The notes below the pieces were generated by a model. The model had not been told where the DNA came from, did not search any database, and worked only from the letters and a program-made list of their open reading frames with translations. Below, in pieces: positions 12,546 to 25,818 of a stretch of DNA of 49,513 bases; position 1 is the first letter of the stretch, and each line of letters begins with the position of its first letter. The position numbers and the translations under genes were made by a program. Origin of the DNA: Macrostomum lignano (Eukaryota). The DNA is taken from the NCBI GenBank assembly GCA_002269645.1, contig NIVC01004341.1, positions 1 to 49,513 of the forward strand, read 5' to 3'.

Positions 12546-12697
12546 GACAAAGCAACACACTGCCATGCCAAGGTAATCACAAAACTTGCAGACCAACAAA
12601 CAGATACAAAGCACACCAACAAAACATACTAATACATAGGCTACTCACCAGTGCCAGTGGGCTTGACGCCATCCACCCCTCCCCTGACATGCCTCAG

Positions 12698-12995
12698 GTC
12701 AGAGAAGTTCTGCCAGATGCAGAAACGCACCCGTGAGGACCGGCTGAAGGAGCTGGCTGAATCGCATTCCGCCGCCGCCACTATCGACATAAAATCGACG
12801 CGCTCTCTGCTGGGCAGCGGCCGGCGTCGCAGCTCCAAGTCGCTGACTGCAAGCAACGACGCCGTCAACCGACTGGTTGTTGAACTCAATGAAGCTCTGA
12901 GATTTGAAGTCACCCTGACCGAGCCTAACAATAGAGAGATGCGCTGCGACCTGCTTATTGGCCGCACTTACCTGGCCCTGCAGTACGGACAGCAG
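12698..12995 (+). CDS. SIPA1L: SIPA1L-like exon 5
   Basis: Phase-2 join gives RSEKFCQMQKRTREDRLKELAE, matching SIPA1L KSEKF..M..RTR..YLKDLAE; donor CAG|GTGAG. Confidence 0.92.
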
Positions 12996-13084
12996 GTGAG
13001 GATTATGTTTTGTTTATAATTGCCCATTGGTTTATATTTTCTTTAAAAGTATTTACCCGATGAGAATCTCATTCTCAATGCAAA

Positions 13085-13812
13085 TCGTCCCATCACTAAA
13101 GAGAATCTCCCCATCACCAGTAAGAATCGCCCCATCACCAACAAGAATCGCCCCATTAACAATGAGAATCTCCCCATCACCAATGAGAATCTCCCCCATC
13201 ACCAATGAGAATCTCCCTATCACCAATGAGAACCGCCCCATCACCAATGAGAATCTCCCCATCACCAGTAAGAATCGCCCCATCACCAACAAGAATCGCC
13301 CCATTAACAATGAGAATCACCCGCATCACCAATGAGAATCACCCCATCACCAATGAGAATCTCCCCCATCACCAATGAGAACCGCCCCATCACCAATGAG
13401 AACCACCCCATCACCAATGAGAATCTCCCCCATCACCAATGAGAATCTCCCCCATCACCAATGAGAATCTCCCTATCACCAATGAGAACCGCCCCATCAC
13501 CAATGAGAATCTCCCCATCACCAACAAGAATCGCCCCATTAACAATGAGAATCACCCGCATCACCAATGAGAATCTCCCCCATCACCAATGAGAACCGCC
13601 CCATCACCAATGAGAATCTCCCCCATCACCAATGAGAATCGCCCCATCACCAATGAGAACCGCCCCATCACCAATGAGAATCTCCCCCATCACCAATGAG
13701 AATCTCCCCATCACCAATGAGAATCACCCGCATCACCAATGAGAATCTCCCCCATCACCAATGAGAATCTCCCCATCACCAATGAGAATCGCCCCATTAA
13801 CAATGAGAACCG
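13085..13812. repeat. ~21-bp minisatellite (GAGAATCTCCCCATCACCAAT)
   Basis: Tandem copies in intron 5. Confidence 0.95.
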
Positions 13813-13894
13813 CCCTATTCCGAATCGCCCTTTAGCCCAAGTCTGTTCCCAAAGCCAGCAGTTGCTATACCCGGCCAATTGGCCAATTCCCCAG

Positions 13895-14499
13895 GTGCTG
13901 CTATCGATCCCGACCGGCTGCATGCTGTCGTGGCGCACAGGCCAGGCGGGAGAGCTCACTGTGTATTACAATCGCGGCGAGCTGCTCCGCATGCGCTGCT
14001 CAACCGAAACCGCCTGCCAGTTGGCGGCCCGCCGCCTGGCCTGGCTTGGCGAACAGGAAACCCCCGGCGCTTGCCAGGCCATCGAAGTCACGGTGCACCG
14101 CGTCACGGCCTACGAGGCCAGCCTGAGCTTCGGCGTACAAGCCGACGCTTTCTACGTTCGCTCTGTGGACTCGGCCGCCCTGCCGGACGTGGCTAAAAAC
14201 TCTCGTTTAGTAGAATTGTGCGGCGTGCCGATCTGCGCCATGCCGGAGGCGCGCGTATTCAACCTGCTGCAGACCGAGGCCCAGCTGGCACTCGTGCTGG
14301 TGCCACCAACTTCAAAAGGCGCCGTCCGTTGTTCGCAGGAGTTGCGCGATATTTTCCTGACTAATCGAGCGCACGCTCTGTTCTGCCCAGCCGGGGCTGC
14401 CGGCAGCGGACAGGGCAGCCCGGAAGTCGGCCCGGACCATGGCGACTGTCGCTTCCTGGATGCGTCTCTGCTGCGCAGCGGAGAAGCCGCGGTTTCCGG
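13895..14499 (+). CDS. SIPA1L: SIPA1L-like exon 6, containing a divergent PDZ domain
   Basis: Acceptor CCCCAG|; VLLSIPTGCMLSW; PDZ-like SLSFGVQ...NSRLVELCGVPI...LLQT...LVLVPP; donor GG|GTGAG. Confidence 0.88.
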
Positions 14500-14599
14500 G
14501 TGAGAAATTCTTTTCTTTTCCACTCAGGCAGATTCAATCCTCATTTGCCCTGTGGATATTTTCCCTTTGTTCATTCATCCGCCAACCCGATGGTGTAAC

Positions 14600-14740
14600 C
14601 GGGTTCCCCTGCTGTTTGTGCCATGAGCAGCCTCAGGTTCCCCTGCTGTTTGTGCCATGAGCAGCCTCGGGTTCCCCTGCTGTTTGTGCCATGAGCAGCC
14701 TCGGGTTCCCCTGCTGTTTGTGCCATGAGCAGCCTCGGGT
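14600..14740. repeat. 34-bp repeat x4 (GGGTTCCCCTGCTGTTTGTGCCATGAGCAGCCTC)
   Basis: Near-identical direct repeats without spacers. Confidence 0.95.
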
Positions 14741-15134
14741 TTGTCCCCGTTTTTATCTAATAATAAGATTCCGAATAATGAATATCCTCTTTTTTGGATG
14801 GCATTGATTTGTAAGGCATTGAGGCTTTCTCGGTGCAGGATGCATCGGTGCTATGCCTAGGCTATTGTATCTGTTTAACAGAGCATGCAGGCAGGTGCAT
14901 CCTGCCAGTTGAAAACTCGTTTTGCATGACAGAACAGGGATCTGCATCTGCCTACGTGTTTTGGTTGAATGGCATTTCTTAATTGCTGTCCATGATTTTT
15001 GCAGGGCAGCTCAAATTCTAGCTTGGAACTTCCTGTGTCACTACTTTTAGTAGCAGTGTTTGCGACAAAAGCAGATGTTTTTTTGCGAGCTGTTTTCCTT
15101 GCTTCATAAAGGTCTAATAAAAAACAGAGTTATC

Positions 15135-15720
15135 TCCCAGACTCCGGCCCTTCATCTGCCGGGACCTCATCCTCCCAGACTGGTTCTTCATCTGCCGGCT
15201 CCTCATTCTCCCAGACTGGTTCTTCATCTGCCGGCTCCTCATCCTCCCAGACTCCGGACCTTCATCTGGCTAGCACCTCATCCTCCCAGCCTCCGGCCCT
15301 TCATCTGGCTAGCACCTTCTCCTCCCAGACTTCGACCCTTCATCTGGCTAGCACCTTCTCCTCCCAGCCTCCGGCCCTTCATCTGGCTAGCACCTTCTCC
15401 TCCCAGACTTCGACCCTTCATCTGGCTAGCACCTCATCCTCCCAGCCTCCGGCCCTTCATCTGGCTAGCACCTTCTCCTTCCAGACTTCGACCCTTCATC
15501 TGGCTAGCACCTCATCCTCCCAGACTTCGACCCTTCATCTGGCTAGCACCTCATCCTCCCAGCCTCCGGCCCTTCATCTGGCTAGCACCTTCTCCTTCCA
15601 GACTTCGACCCTTCATCTGGCTAGCACCTCATCCTCCCAGCCTCCGGCCCTTCATCTGGCTAGCACCTTCTCCTCCCAGACTTCGACCCTTCATCTGGCC
15701 GGCACCTCATTCTCCCAGCC
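15135..15720. repeat. 39-bp minisatellite (CCTTCATCTGGCTAGCACCTCATCCTCCCAGCCTCCGGC)
   Basis: Tandem copies in intron 6. Confidence 0.95.
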
Positions 15721-15763
15721 TCCAATTCTTCTGCATCTCATTTAGTCGCCTATCTCACTGCAG

Positions 15764-16184
15764 CGGCTCTCCTATTCGAGCGCCGCCTACTCAGCAACAG
15801 CCGCATCAAGCGGCCAACACACAGGACAAGCTGAAGCGCCTCATCAACAATGAGATTAGCGAAGATCAGTTGCGTCGCGAAGACGACTGGAGCCAGCTGG
15901 TCCGCAGCGCCAACCAGTTCGCCGCGGCCGCCGCCAACTCAACCACTTCCTCTTCTAGCGGTCGCGGGACAGCGCAGAAGCAGCAGCCACGGTGCGGCCG
16001 CTGCCAGCAGCTCGAGGAGCAGCTCCGCGCCAGCGAGGCGGAGCGTCAGGCGCTGAAGCGTCGGCTAGTTGAATCGGCCGACGAGATTGAACGACTTCGG
16101 GCCCAAACAATGGAGGCTAAACAGGGCCTGATTCAGTTTACTGAGAAATTCTTCACTAGCATGGACACTCAGACTACATTGTGA
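15764..16184 (+). CDS. SIPA1L: SIPA1L-like terminal exon with coiled coil
   Basis: Phase-2 acceptor CTGCAG| (alternative TTTAG| at 15745); DWSQLVRSANQF and a coiled coil ending ...LIQFTEKFF, as in SIPA1L C-termini; stop at 16182-16184. Confidence 0.85.
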
Positions 16185-16719
16185 CCGTTGGATAGTTGTG
16201 CGTGATCCCAGTCCAATTCGATTGTCAATCTGCCCTGTTCTTCGGTTTCAACTTGTCTGATTTAGTGTGCTACATAACAGATACTAAAATCCCAAAGTTT
16301 TCCTAAGGTTTGCAATTCACAGCCATAAGGGCCAACCCCCCCCCCCGGTTGCATCTGTAGTGCACGTCTCCTCGGTTAGGCAAATAGCAATGCAACAATT
16401 ACAGCAGACCAACAGGTGTTTCTAAAGAGTTGCTAGCTGAGTTTGGAGCCCCATCCAGACTAGAAGCTGCCCCACTGCATTTCTGCAGGCATGCGGAACA
16501 TTTTTTGGTTAAATTCTTGCGTTTAACTCTTTTGTTTGAATCCGATGAACCGGTTCTTGGTAGTTAACTCTTCTCTCGGCACCAGTCCAAGTGTGTTTTC
16601 AGTGGTCCATGCTGCGCATGCTAAAATGCAAGTTCTTTTTGTTGTACTACTGTATTGTGCGTCACTGCTTTCACAATCTGCACTTTCATTGTGCTAATCT
16701 GGCCGCTCTACTTATCCTC

Positions 16720-18070
16720 TACCCACTACTATCCACCTCCCGCTCTAACCCTCTACCCGCTCTACTATCCACCACCCGCTCTACTACCCTCCACCCGCTC
16801 TACTATCCACCACCCGCTCTACTATCCACCTCCCGCTCTACTACCCTCCACCCGCTCTACTACCCACCACCCGCTCTACTATCCACCACCCGCTCTACTA
16901 CCCACCACCCGCTCTACTACCCACCACCCGCTCTACTATCCACCACTCGCTCTACTACCCTCCACCCGCTCTACTACCCACCACCCGCTCTACTACCCTC
17001 CACCCGCTCTACTACCCTCCACCCACTCTACTATCCACCACCCTCCATACATCTCTCCACCTGCTGGCATTCCGGTCTAAAGCTGTGTTCATAGTTTTCT
17101 GTCTGTCTGAATTCTTGTCGCTTATAAAATTAATGCCATTATATCAAATGTATGTGCATATAGTTTTTATATTTAATAATCTGGATTAATCTCATAGTGC
17201 GTACTATTTAACTGTTGATTCTTCATTTGCTGCTATGTCTAAGTATTGTTATTTTTTTCCACACGAATATGTTTCCCTTGTTGGCTTTTGTCAAGGTGTA
17301 ATCTCAGAGCGCGTCTCAGTCCTGCTTGTTTGCTAACTTAAATGTGTTTTTTTGTTTTGTCAATTTTTATTAACGTTTTGCTTGGCAAATTTACGCTTGT
17401 AATTAGTGCGCTTATTGTGTATTGTGTACAGTAGTTTAGCTGACTTCTGTCTTGTCTGCCTGCTGATCTGCACTAATCTCTCATCCCTGCATCTCTTTTC
17501 TTCTCGTTGCATTTCTCTTCTCTCCATACAATTCCTCTCCGTACATCTCTCTTCCTCTCCTCTATGCTTTTTTCTTTGTTTGTCTCCCCTCCCTACACCT
17601 CTCTCCTCCCTACATCTCTCTCCTCCCTACATCTCCTCTCCCTACATCTCTCTCCTTCCAAAATCTCTCCCCTTCCTACATCTCTCCCCTTCCCACATCT
17701 CTCCCCTTCCCACATATCTCCCCTTCCTACATCTCTCCCCTCCCTACATCTCCCCTCCCTACATCTCCCCTTCCTACATCTCTCCCCTCCCTACATCTCC
17801 CCTCCCTACATCTCTCCCCTCCCTACATCTCTCCCCTCCCTACATCCCCCCTCCCTACATCCCCCTCCCTACATCTATCCCCTCCCTACATCTATCCCCT
17901 CCCTACATCTCCCCTCCCTACATCTCCCCTCCCTACATCTATCCCCTCCCTACATTTCTCCCCTCCCTACATTTCTCCCCTTGCTACATCTCTCCCTCAA
18001 GTCCCCTTCCTAAATCTCTCATCCCAACATCTCTTGCATCTCTCCCCTTCCTACATATCTCCCCTCTCTA
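16720..18070. repeat. Two C-rich minisatellites: ~19-22-bp CCGCTCTACTATCCACCAC (16720-17045) and ~17-bp CCCTACATCTCTCCCCT (17590-18070)
   Basis: Tandem periodicity downstream of the SIPA1L-like stop. Confidence 0.9.
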
Positions 18071-18794
18071 CAATATCTCCTCTTCCTGCATTTCCCCTCA
18101 GCTACATCTCTCTCCTGTCCCTTCATCTCTCTCTTCCCTACCTCCTCTTCCTATATCTCTCCTCCCTTCATCTCTACATTTCTCTTCTCCTTTCATCTCG
18201 TCCTTCCTTGCATCTCTTCTCCCAACCTACATCTCTAGCTCCCTGCATCTATATCCGCCTATTTGTCTTCAATTTGCGCTCAATCGGCATATCATAATTA
18301 TTTATAATCATAATCCTATCAATCATTCCCCAGAGTCTCCTTCGCGCTGTGCTTAACTAGCTAGTTCCGTGTCCGCACTGTGCCCTAAATTTGTCTCCAT
18401 ATAAAGTGTTTTAGCCTGCTTAGAATCTGACCTGCATTGAGCGTCCGAAATTAATTTAATTCTTGGTTTGTTTACTCAAAGTTAGTCGGTGTAATGCACT
18501 ACTCATGAATTGGCGCGTCTGTAGTATGAGAGCGAATGAAAATAAAATGCTCCACCACCTGCTCAGAGTATAGGCAGTCCTGATTTGCACCTGGCTGTAA
18601 GGTACACAGTACAATTAATTGGTATCGATACATTGATTTTAATTATTGTTTTTGTCAAGTTAAGTCTATTAAAGTACACTTGAGCGGAGGCGTTTAAATA
18701 TTAAATAGTTTTGCTCACTGACTGATAGACATTTTGAGACTATCGTGTTACTATAATTACTTCAGTGTGTTTCAAAATTGCATTGTTCTGGGGT

Positions 18795-18848
18795 ATTAAC
18801 AGTTATTAAATCCGTCTGTCTGTCTGTCTGTCTGTCTGTGTCTATTTA

Positions 18849-18881
<33 letters not shown>

Positions 18882-18890
18882 GTCTATTTA

Positions 18891-18941
<51 letters not shown>

Positions 18942-19006
18942 ATGTCTATTTATCTGTCTGTCTGTCTGTGTCTATTTATGTCTGTCTGTCTGTCTGTTTC
19001 TATTTA

Positions 19007-19041
<35 letters not shown>

Positions 19042-19050
19042 TTCTATTTA

Positions 19051-19089
<39 letters not shown>

Positions 19090-19120
19090 GTCTATTTATC
19101 TGTCTGTCTGTCTGTCTGTC

Positions 19121-19169
<49 letters not shown>

Positions 19170-19185
19170 TTCTCTATCTATCCAT
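18795..19185. repeat. (TCTG)n microsatellite
   Basis: Tetranucleotide run with TCTATTTA interruptions. Confidence 0.97.
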
Positions 19186-19639
19186 CTATTTTTGCTTGCA
19201 CCTACTTCAGTATCTCTCCCTTCTATCTCACTAGTGGATCGCAGTGCTCACAGAGGGTTCTATCACAGCAAGTAAGGCTGTCCTTGATACTGAGCAATCA
19301 TATCCAAAAGCTAGATTGGCGTTGTACCGTCACTGCAGGCAATGGGGCCAGAACTGAAGCATTGTGCTGCTCATCTTGCAAACAGATGTCAAAGCCAAGT
19401 GTTGCTGCTTACAGCTTTGCAGCAATAAATTGGCAAAAAGTTTCCCACTGTAAAGCAAACAAGTCATTAGCGAAAATTCTATAATCGGGACTTCTCGTCA
19501 GGTTCGCATTTCATTTTTATCTTTGATTGTCTTTGCTTTTTTACTATGCAAAACTTCAACCTCTGTTCAGCTGTTTCAGTTGATTCGCTTGTCACTATTT
19601 GCAAAATTTTTGCTAAGTTTTTTTTCTTGAATTTACACT

Positions 19640-19790
19640 ATCACCTGAGCTCTCATCCTCCTCTCGAGCTCTCACTATCACATGAGTTCTCACTCTCTCC
19701 CAAGGTCTCACTAGCACATGAATTCTCACTCTCTCCCAAGGTCTCACTAGCACATGAGTTCTCACTCTCTCCCGAGCTGCATTCAATTCT
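19640..19790. repeat. 36-bp repeat, 3-4 copies (CTCACTAGCACATGAGTTCTCACTCTCTCCCAAGGT)
   Basis: Direct repeats. Confidence 0.85.
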
Positions 19791-20639
19791 CCTGAGTTGA
19801 GAATGGCTACCAATAGCATTGCTGAGCTCATCTATATAATTTTCTAGAATGCAAATTCCTTTTGCCAAGCCGGCAGTAAACTGGCTCTTTGCAGGTTTTC
19901 CTGTACATTTAAATGGCCAGCGGTGTGTCTGAGGACCATTTTTCAACGCAGCCCCGGGGGCAATCTATCATCAGCTTGGGAGATTTTCGCAGCAAAGGCG
20001 CCGGTTTCGCTATTCATGAGCTCTCGTGTGTCTGCAGTGCGGGTGGTGCGACACCCGATCCTTGATTAGCTGCTTAAGCCGCTCGCCTCCTTTCCCTTAC
20101 CCCCGTGTCCAGGATTTGGGACGCTGTTAGCATTGGCAATAAAAATCTTTAGCTGCGCGCGTGTATACAATTTCTCACAGTTGGAGCTGATGAAGATGCA
20201 AGAAATCTCGCACAGTGTACCTATCTGCGCACTTCTGCTCATGGCATCTGGGCATTTTCTCTAACTGCTTCGGTAATGAACTTGTTATCAGGGCCAAGAA
20301 ACTGGCAGATTTCATATCTCTGCCGCCTGTCTCCGGGGAGCCTGTCTGCTTAGAGATTGAAATCGAAATTCACATGAGTTCCTTAAATTAGCTGTCTTGC
20401 GGGAAATGCAAAGCTGTTAGGATTCTGTGTGTGCAGCATTGCGTGATTCACTGATTGCCAATTATCCTGATTTTTCCCTCTTCGATGCGCGAAAAGACGT
20501 TGCTTTTAACAATTTTCTCCATCGAAGCATGCTGCTGAGCATCGTTGCGAAGCAGTGACGGGGGCACAAGTGACTCATGATTGCGAAACTGTGAGAAGAA
20601 AATGACTCGACATGACTGTTACCATGACTTACAAGTCTC

Positions 20640-21890
20640 CGACCATGAGTCACCTGTGCCCCTCACCGCTCACCAACCATGAGTCACCTGTGCCCATCAC
20701 CGCTCACCAACCATGAGTCACCTGTGCCCATCACGGCTCACCAACCATGAGTCACCTATGCCCATCACCGCTTACCAACCATGAGTCAACTGTGCCCCTC
20801 ACCGCTCACCAACTAAGAGTGACCTGTGCCCATCACCGCTCACCAACCATGAGTCACCTGTGCTCAATACCGCTCACCAACCATGAGTGACCTGTGCCCC
20901 TCACCGCTCACCAACCAGGAGTGACCTGTGCCCCTTACTGCTCACCAACCATGAGTGACCTGTGCCCCTCACTGCTCACCAACCAGGAGTGACCTGTGCC
21001 CCTCACTGCTCACCAACCAGGAGTGACCTGTGCCCCTCACTGCTCACCAACCATGAGTGACCTGTGCCCCTCACCGCTCACCAACCATGAGTCACCTGTG
21101 CCCCTCACCGCTCACCAACCATGAGTCACCTGTGCCCATCACCGCTCACCAACCATGAGTCACCTGTGCCCATCACCGCTCACCAACCATGAGTGACCTG
21201 TGCCCATCACCGCTCACCAACCATGAGTCACCTGTGGCCATCACCGCTCACCAACCATGAGTCACCTGTGCCCATCACCGCTCACCAACCATGAGTGACC
21301 TGTGCCCATCACCGCTCACCAACCATGAGTCACCTGTGCCCCTCACCGCTTACCAACCATGAGTCACCTGCGCTCAATACCCCTTACGAACCATGAGTCA
21401 CCTGTGCCCATCACCGCTCACCAACCATGAGTCACCTGTGCCCCTCACTGCTCACCAACCATGAGTCACCTGTGCCCATCACCGCTCACCAACCATGAGT
21501 CACCTGTGCCCCTCACTGCTCACCAACCATGAGTCACCTGTGCCCCTCACTGCTCACCAACCATGAGTCACCTGTGGCCATCACCGCTCACGAACCATGA
21601 GTCACCTGTGCTCAATACCGCTCACCAACCATGAGTCACCTGTGCTCAATACCGCTCACCAACCATGAGTCACCTGTGCTCAATACCGCTCACGAACCAT
21701 GAGTCACCTGTGCCCCTCACTGCTCACCAACCATGAGTCACCTGTGGCCATCACCGCTCACGAACCATGAGTCACCTGTGCTCAATACCGCTCACCAACC
21801 ATGAGTCACCTGTGCTCAATACCGCTCACCAACCATGAGTCACCTGTGCTCAATACCGCTCACGAACCATGAGTCCCCTGTGCCCCTTTC
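20640..21890. repeat. 34-bp minisatellite A, array 1 (CCATGAGTCACCTGTGCCCATCACCGCTCACCAA)
   Basis: Head-to-tail copies; same unit at 25819-26278 and 28925-29163. Confidence 0.97.
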
Positions 21891-22274
21891 TGCTCACCAA
21901 CCAGACGCGAACATGCAAATTCGCAGTGTATTTAGAGAGTCAAATTATGAAAAAACCAAGCCAAAGACAGGAACTGAAGATGAAGCGTTTGAATTTTGCC
22001 GGATTTTCTGCTATAACAATTATTAAATTTCCAAGGCGAGATTTTCCTGCAATTTCTCAGTTTATCTGCTATGTGGTGGGAAAAATTGGCGGCATTTTCA
22101 ATTCCGCTTAGATTAACAGCTGTTTTACTTTCACACCGAAAAAGTTCACGGAATTCCGTACATGTGATGCTGACGTCCTATCTGAAATTTTTTGTGATAG
22201 CCAGTCATAAATATCCGCTCTGTATAGGAGAAACAAAAATATCTCGAGTTTACGAGTAGAGTCAAAAACGAGAA

Positions 22275-22848
22275 CAGTCTAGCAATCCAGAACACACAGT
22301 CTAGCAATCCAGAACACACAGTCTAGCAATCCATCATGCAGTCTAGCAATCCAGAACACACAGTCTAGCAATCCATCATACAGTCTAGCAATCCAGCATG
22401 CAGTCTAGCAATCCAGCATGCACAGTCTAGCAATCCAGCATGCACAGTCTAGCAATCCAGCATGCACAGTCTAGCAATCCAGCATGCAGTCTAGCAATCC
22501 AGCATGCACAGTCTAGCAATCCAGCATTCAGTCTAGCAATCCAGCATGCAGTCTAGCAATCCAGAACACACAGTCTAGCAATCCAGCATGCAGTCTAGCA
22601 ATCCAGCATGCAGTCTAGCAATCCATCATGCAGTCTAGCAATCCAGCATTCAGTCTAGCAATCCATCATACAGTCTAGCAATCCAGCATGCACAGTCTAG
22701 CAATCCAGAACACACAGTCTAGCAATCCAGCATGCAGTCTAGCAATCCAGCATTCAGTCTAGCAATCCAGCATGCAGTCTAGCAATCCAGCATGCAGTCT
22801 AGCAATCCAGCATGCAGTCTAGCAATCCAGCATGCAGTCTAGCAATCC
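22275..22848. repeat. 20-22-bp minisatellite B, array 1 (CAGTCTAGCAATCCAGCATGCA)
   Basis: Directly 3' of neuropeptide ORF 1; same unit at 26595-27205. Confidence 0.97.
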
Positions 22849-22861
22849 TCAATCGTAAATA

Positions 22862-23134
22862 TCAGTAGCCGCACCTTCCATAGTTGCTTCCGAACCTCAG
22901 GCTGTTTCTAAAGCCTCTCTTTTCTGCCTGGGCGGCGGCCCTCTGCCTCAGCAGCGACAGCAGCAGGGCCTCCTCATCATCCGCCCACTGCTGATCGCTC
23001 AGTCGGGCAGCGCCTTCGGCTTCGGCCGCCTCCACGGCAGCACCTGAAGCCGAACGGCCTTCAGCGGGGCTCCACAGGGCGACTGCGAGCACCAGGAGCA
23101 GCGGCAGGACGAGCTTCGGGACTGGGCACTTCAT
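22862..23134 (-). CDS. Neuropeptide precursor 1; predicted GFRNSLRFGSNY-amide, allatotropin-like
   Basis: Signal peptide (MKCPVPKLVLPLLLVLAVALWSPAEG), acidic spacer, KR site, peptide followed by G-R. A possible donor GGAAG|GTGCGG at 22875 could give a different C-terminus. Confidence 0.8.
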   Translation of the reverse strand: MKCPVPKLVLPLLLVLAVALWSPAEGRSASGAAVEAAEAEGAARLSDQQWADDEEALLLSLLRQRAAAQAEKRGFRNSLRFGSNYGRCGY

Positions 23135-23199
23135 CGTTGTGAGCAGCTGTGCTGTGCTGATGATGAGCTGGCTTGTTATAACTGGCTGAGCTGAGGATG

Positions 23200-23560
23200 A
23201 TGGGTGAGAGTGAGATGAGTGAGAGTGAAATGAGTGAGACTGAGATGAGTGAGAGTGAAATGAGTGAGTGTAAGACGAGTGAGAGTGAGACGGGTGAGAG
23301 AAAGATAAGTGAGAGAGAAATGAGTGAGAGTGAAATGAGTGAGACTGAGATGAGTGAGAGTGAAATGAGTGAGACTGAGATGAGTGAGAGTGAAATGAGT
23401 GAGTGAGTGAATGAGTGAGTGTAAGACGAGTGAGAGTGAGATGGGTGAGAGAAAGATGAGTGAGAGTGAAATGAGTGAGAGTGAGACTGATGAGTGAGAT
23501 GGGTGAGAGAAAGATGAGTGAGAGTGAAATGAATGAGAGTGGGATAAGTGAGAGTGAGAA
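23200..23560. repeat. GAGTGA-based repeat in the 5'-UTR intron of neuropeptide gene 1
   Basis: Tandem (GAGTGAGAGTGAAAT)-like units; counterpart at 27505-27920. Confidence 0.9.
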
Positions 23561-23607
23561 TAGAGCACTACAACCGTGAGAGCCAGGGCAGCTGGCGGGA
23601 ATCTCAC

Positions 23608-23737
23608 CTGAAGCTGTAGCACGGGAATTCGGTGGAGTTCGAGATCAGAGAGTCTCCAGGCGGCAGGGATCGCTGAGCTGATCAGGGCTCCCTCAATTTA
23701 TAGGCGACTTGACCGAGTGGGCGCACCGGCAGCCAAT
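23608..23737 (-). promoter_or_regulatory. Core promoter and non-coding first exon of neuropeptide gene 1
   Basis: CCAAT at 23733-23737; CTATAAA on minus strand at 23703-23697; Inr-like TCAG ~28 nt downstream; donor CTTCAG|GTGAGA at 23608. All conserved in copy 2. Confidence 0.75.
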
Positions 23738-24439
23738 GGGTAGCCGGCTGCACCGCCCTGCTCTGCAAGGCATCGTGTGCGGGACATTTGGCACACAATT
23801 TGATAATTAGAAAGTCAAACAGCTAGCGGTGGCTTCTCAAATATTGATTGTTAGCCAAGCCATCGCCTAATTTTCCTCGAGCACTCTCGGTCGTTGAATT
23901 CGAATCTAATTTTCGCTATAGCGATGCAATGATTGAATCAGATTTTTGTCACCGTTTTTGCTCCGGCGTTGGAATAAAGCCTGGCTAACAAAATGAGGAT
24001 GAAATGTTTCGGTGGAAAATGACAAATGCTGGAGGAGATTCAAGATTGACAAGCTGTTGAAACCAGGGGATTTTGAACCCGGGGAATTCCAATCCCCGGA
24101 ACTAGTTTTGCATCTATTCTGAAATCTAAGGCCACACTCAAACAAAAACTTGTTAATAGTTAGTAGGATAGATGGTAAGCATAAAATGGAGCACATTCGT
24201 GTAAAATTAGGATTTGAGGCAAACATTTGATATTGTTGGCTGGGGTGCTGCGCAGAATGTCAGGCAATGTCTGTCTGACTCTAAAACATGTATTGGCAAA
24301 CTCTGGCCTCTGCCTCTGACTCTCCCTACATCCCTTGAATCCTTTGAAACTTCTATCTTCTCTTCTGCTTCCTCTCTTCTCTCTCTCCTCTTATCTCTTC
24401 TCTTTTTTCCTCTCTCCTCTCTCCTCTCTCCCCTCTTAT

Positions 24440-24690
24440 CTCAGAGTGAAAGTAGAGAGAGTGAAAATAGAGAGTGTGAAAGTACAGAGTGAAAGTAGGG
24501 AGAGTGAAAGTACAGAGTTAAAGTACAGAGGGAAAGTACAGAGTGAAAGTAGAGAGTGAAAGTAGAGAGAGTGAAAGTACAGAGTGAAAGTACAGAGTGA
24601 AAGTACAGAGTTAAAGTATAGAGTGAAAGTATAGAGAGTGAAAGTAGAGAGAGTGAAAGTAGAGAGAGTGAAAATAGGAAGAGTGAAACA
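24440..24690. repeat. AGAGTGAAAGTAC/G-type minisatellite
   Basis: Tandem 13-15-bp units. Confidence 0.85.
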
Positions 24691-25222
24691 GCGATAATTT
24701 AAGGAAAACAGTGAAAATGTTGTGTGGGTGGAGAGAGTATAAAGAGAGAAAACAATAAGTGTAAATATGGAAACTCTCTGAAATTGCGGAACAAAGAGCT
24801 TTCAGTGCCAGCATTGAGTTGCTTTCATTTTTGCGACTCAATTGATTTGGTATTGCCAGCAGAAAAAAAATACAAAAATAAATTGTCTTCAGTGTGCCAG
24901 TTTCAGATTTCGCAGGCACTCAGCTGCAGTTTTCTATCTTACAATGGAAGATGCAGGATTCTTGCACGCTTTGATGAGCTCTTTAGCTTTGAGATTTTTT
25001 AATGCTGGTGCTGCCTTCCACAGTTGTCTAACAACAGTCTCTAGGCGAATATTGCGCTTTAGTGAATCTATTTTTTGTCTTTTACTGCTTTCAATGGTTT
25101 CAATTTTCTATATTGTTTGCTTGAGGGCTTTAAGCAATATGCTTTGTGTTGGTAGTGAATTCAGTGCTCTGAAGGCCTGAAGCTCAGATTCTCTCATTCA
25201 CCTTCTTGATTGGATGCCTGCC

Positions 25223-25540
25223 ATTATAATAAATAATAATAATAATAACTGATTACACCTGTCCTGATTTGCAGATGAGCAACCGACAGCTCAGCCGCAG
25301 CTATTGCGCGGCGCATCTGAAGGCTGCGTACGGCTGTTCAGTCCAAGGACTGGGGGGTCGCCACACACAGCCTCAATTACCCCAGCTAATGCTGGCACCC
25401 ATTTTACAGCTGGGTGAACTGAAACAATGCAGAGTTAAGCCTCTTGCTCAAGGACACAAATTGTTCAGAGTAGGTCGAGAATCGAACACCCGACCTTTCA
25501 GTCGTGATTGCGAAACTCCAACCACTGGGATACAAACCTC
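25223..25540 (-). mobile_element. tRNA-derived SINE with CORE/V-like domain, uninterrupted copy
   Basis: Minus strand: tRNA-like head (GGTGTTCGATTCTC), TGTGTCCTTGAGCAAG, CAGTTCACCCAGCTGTAAAATGGGT, body shared with the 7089 copy, (TTA)n tail. Confidence 0.8.
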
Positions 25541-25818
25541 CCTATTATGCAATTATAATAGTCCACCCGCATTCGTACTGCGTCTCTTTGATGCCACGGA
25601 GAACAAAATACACTACTGAATTACTGTGAGTAATATAGTAAGAACTTAAGAGAAATATTTTGGCAGACTGCTTGCTACCTGTGTGCTGTGCAAGAGGCAT
25701 CGTGTCTGACGCAGTGTTTATCTTAGGCAATCGTATTGACACAGCCGGACCTTGCCTTTGCCTGTAGCAGTGCCAGTCAGTCCAAGTAACCAAGCTATCC
25801 AGGACATGCGCAGTGCCC

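Noticed and set aside
8398-12622. Long low-complexity ORFs (VPDLPVC, LPSPVF, TDRQ, CLSV) and similar ones at 5008-5748, 15060-15760, 16591-19484, 34320-34880 and 36093-38464
   Set aside because: Translations of stop-free tandem repeats inside introns or intergenic DNA.
20462-20590. Candidate downstream exon for neuropeptide gene 1 after acceptor TTTTCTTCTCACAG
   Set aside because: The phase-2 join would destroy the GR site and no matching exon is seen for copy 2.
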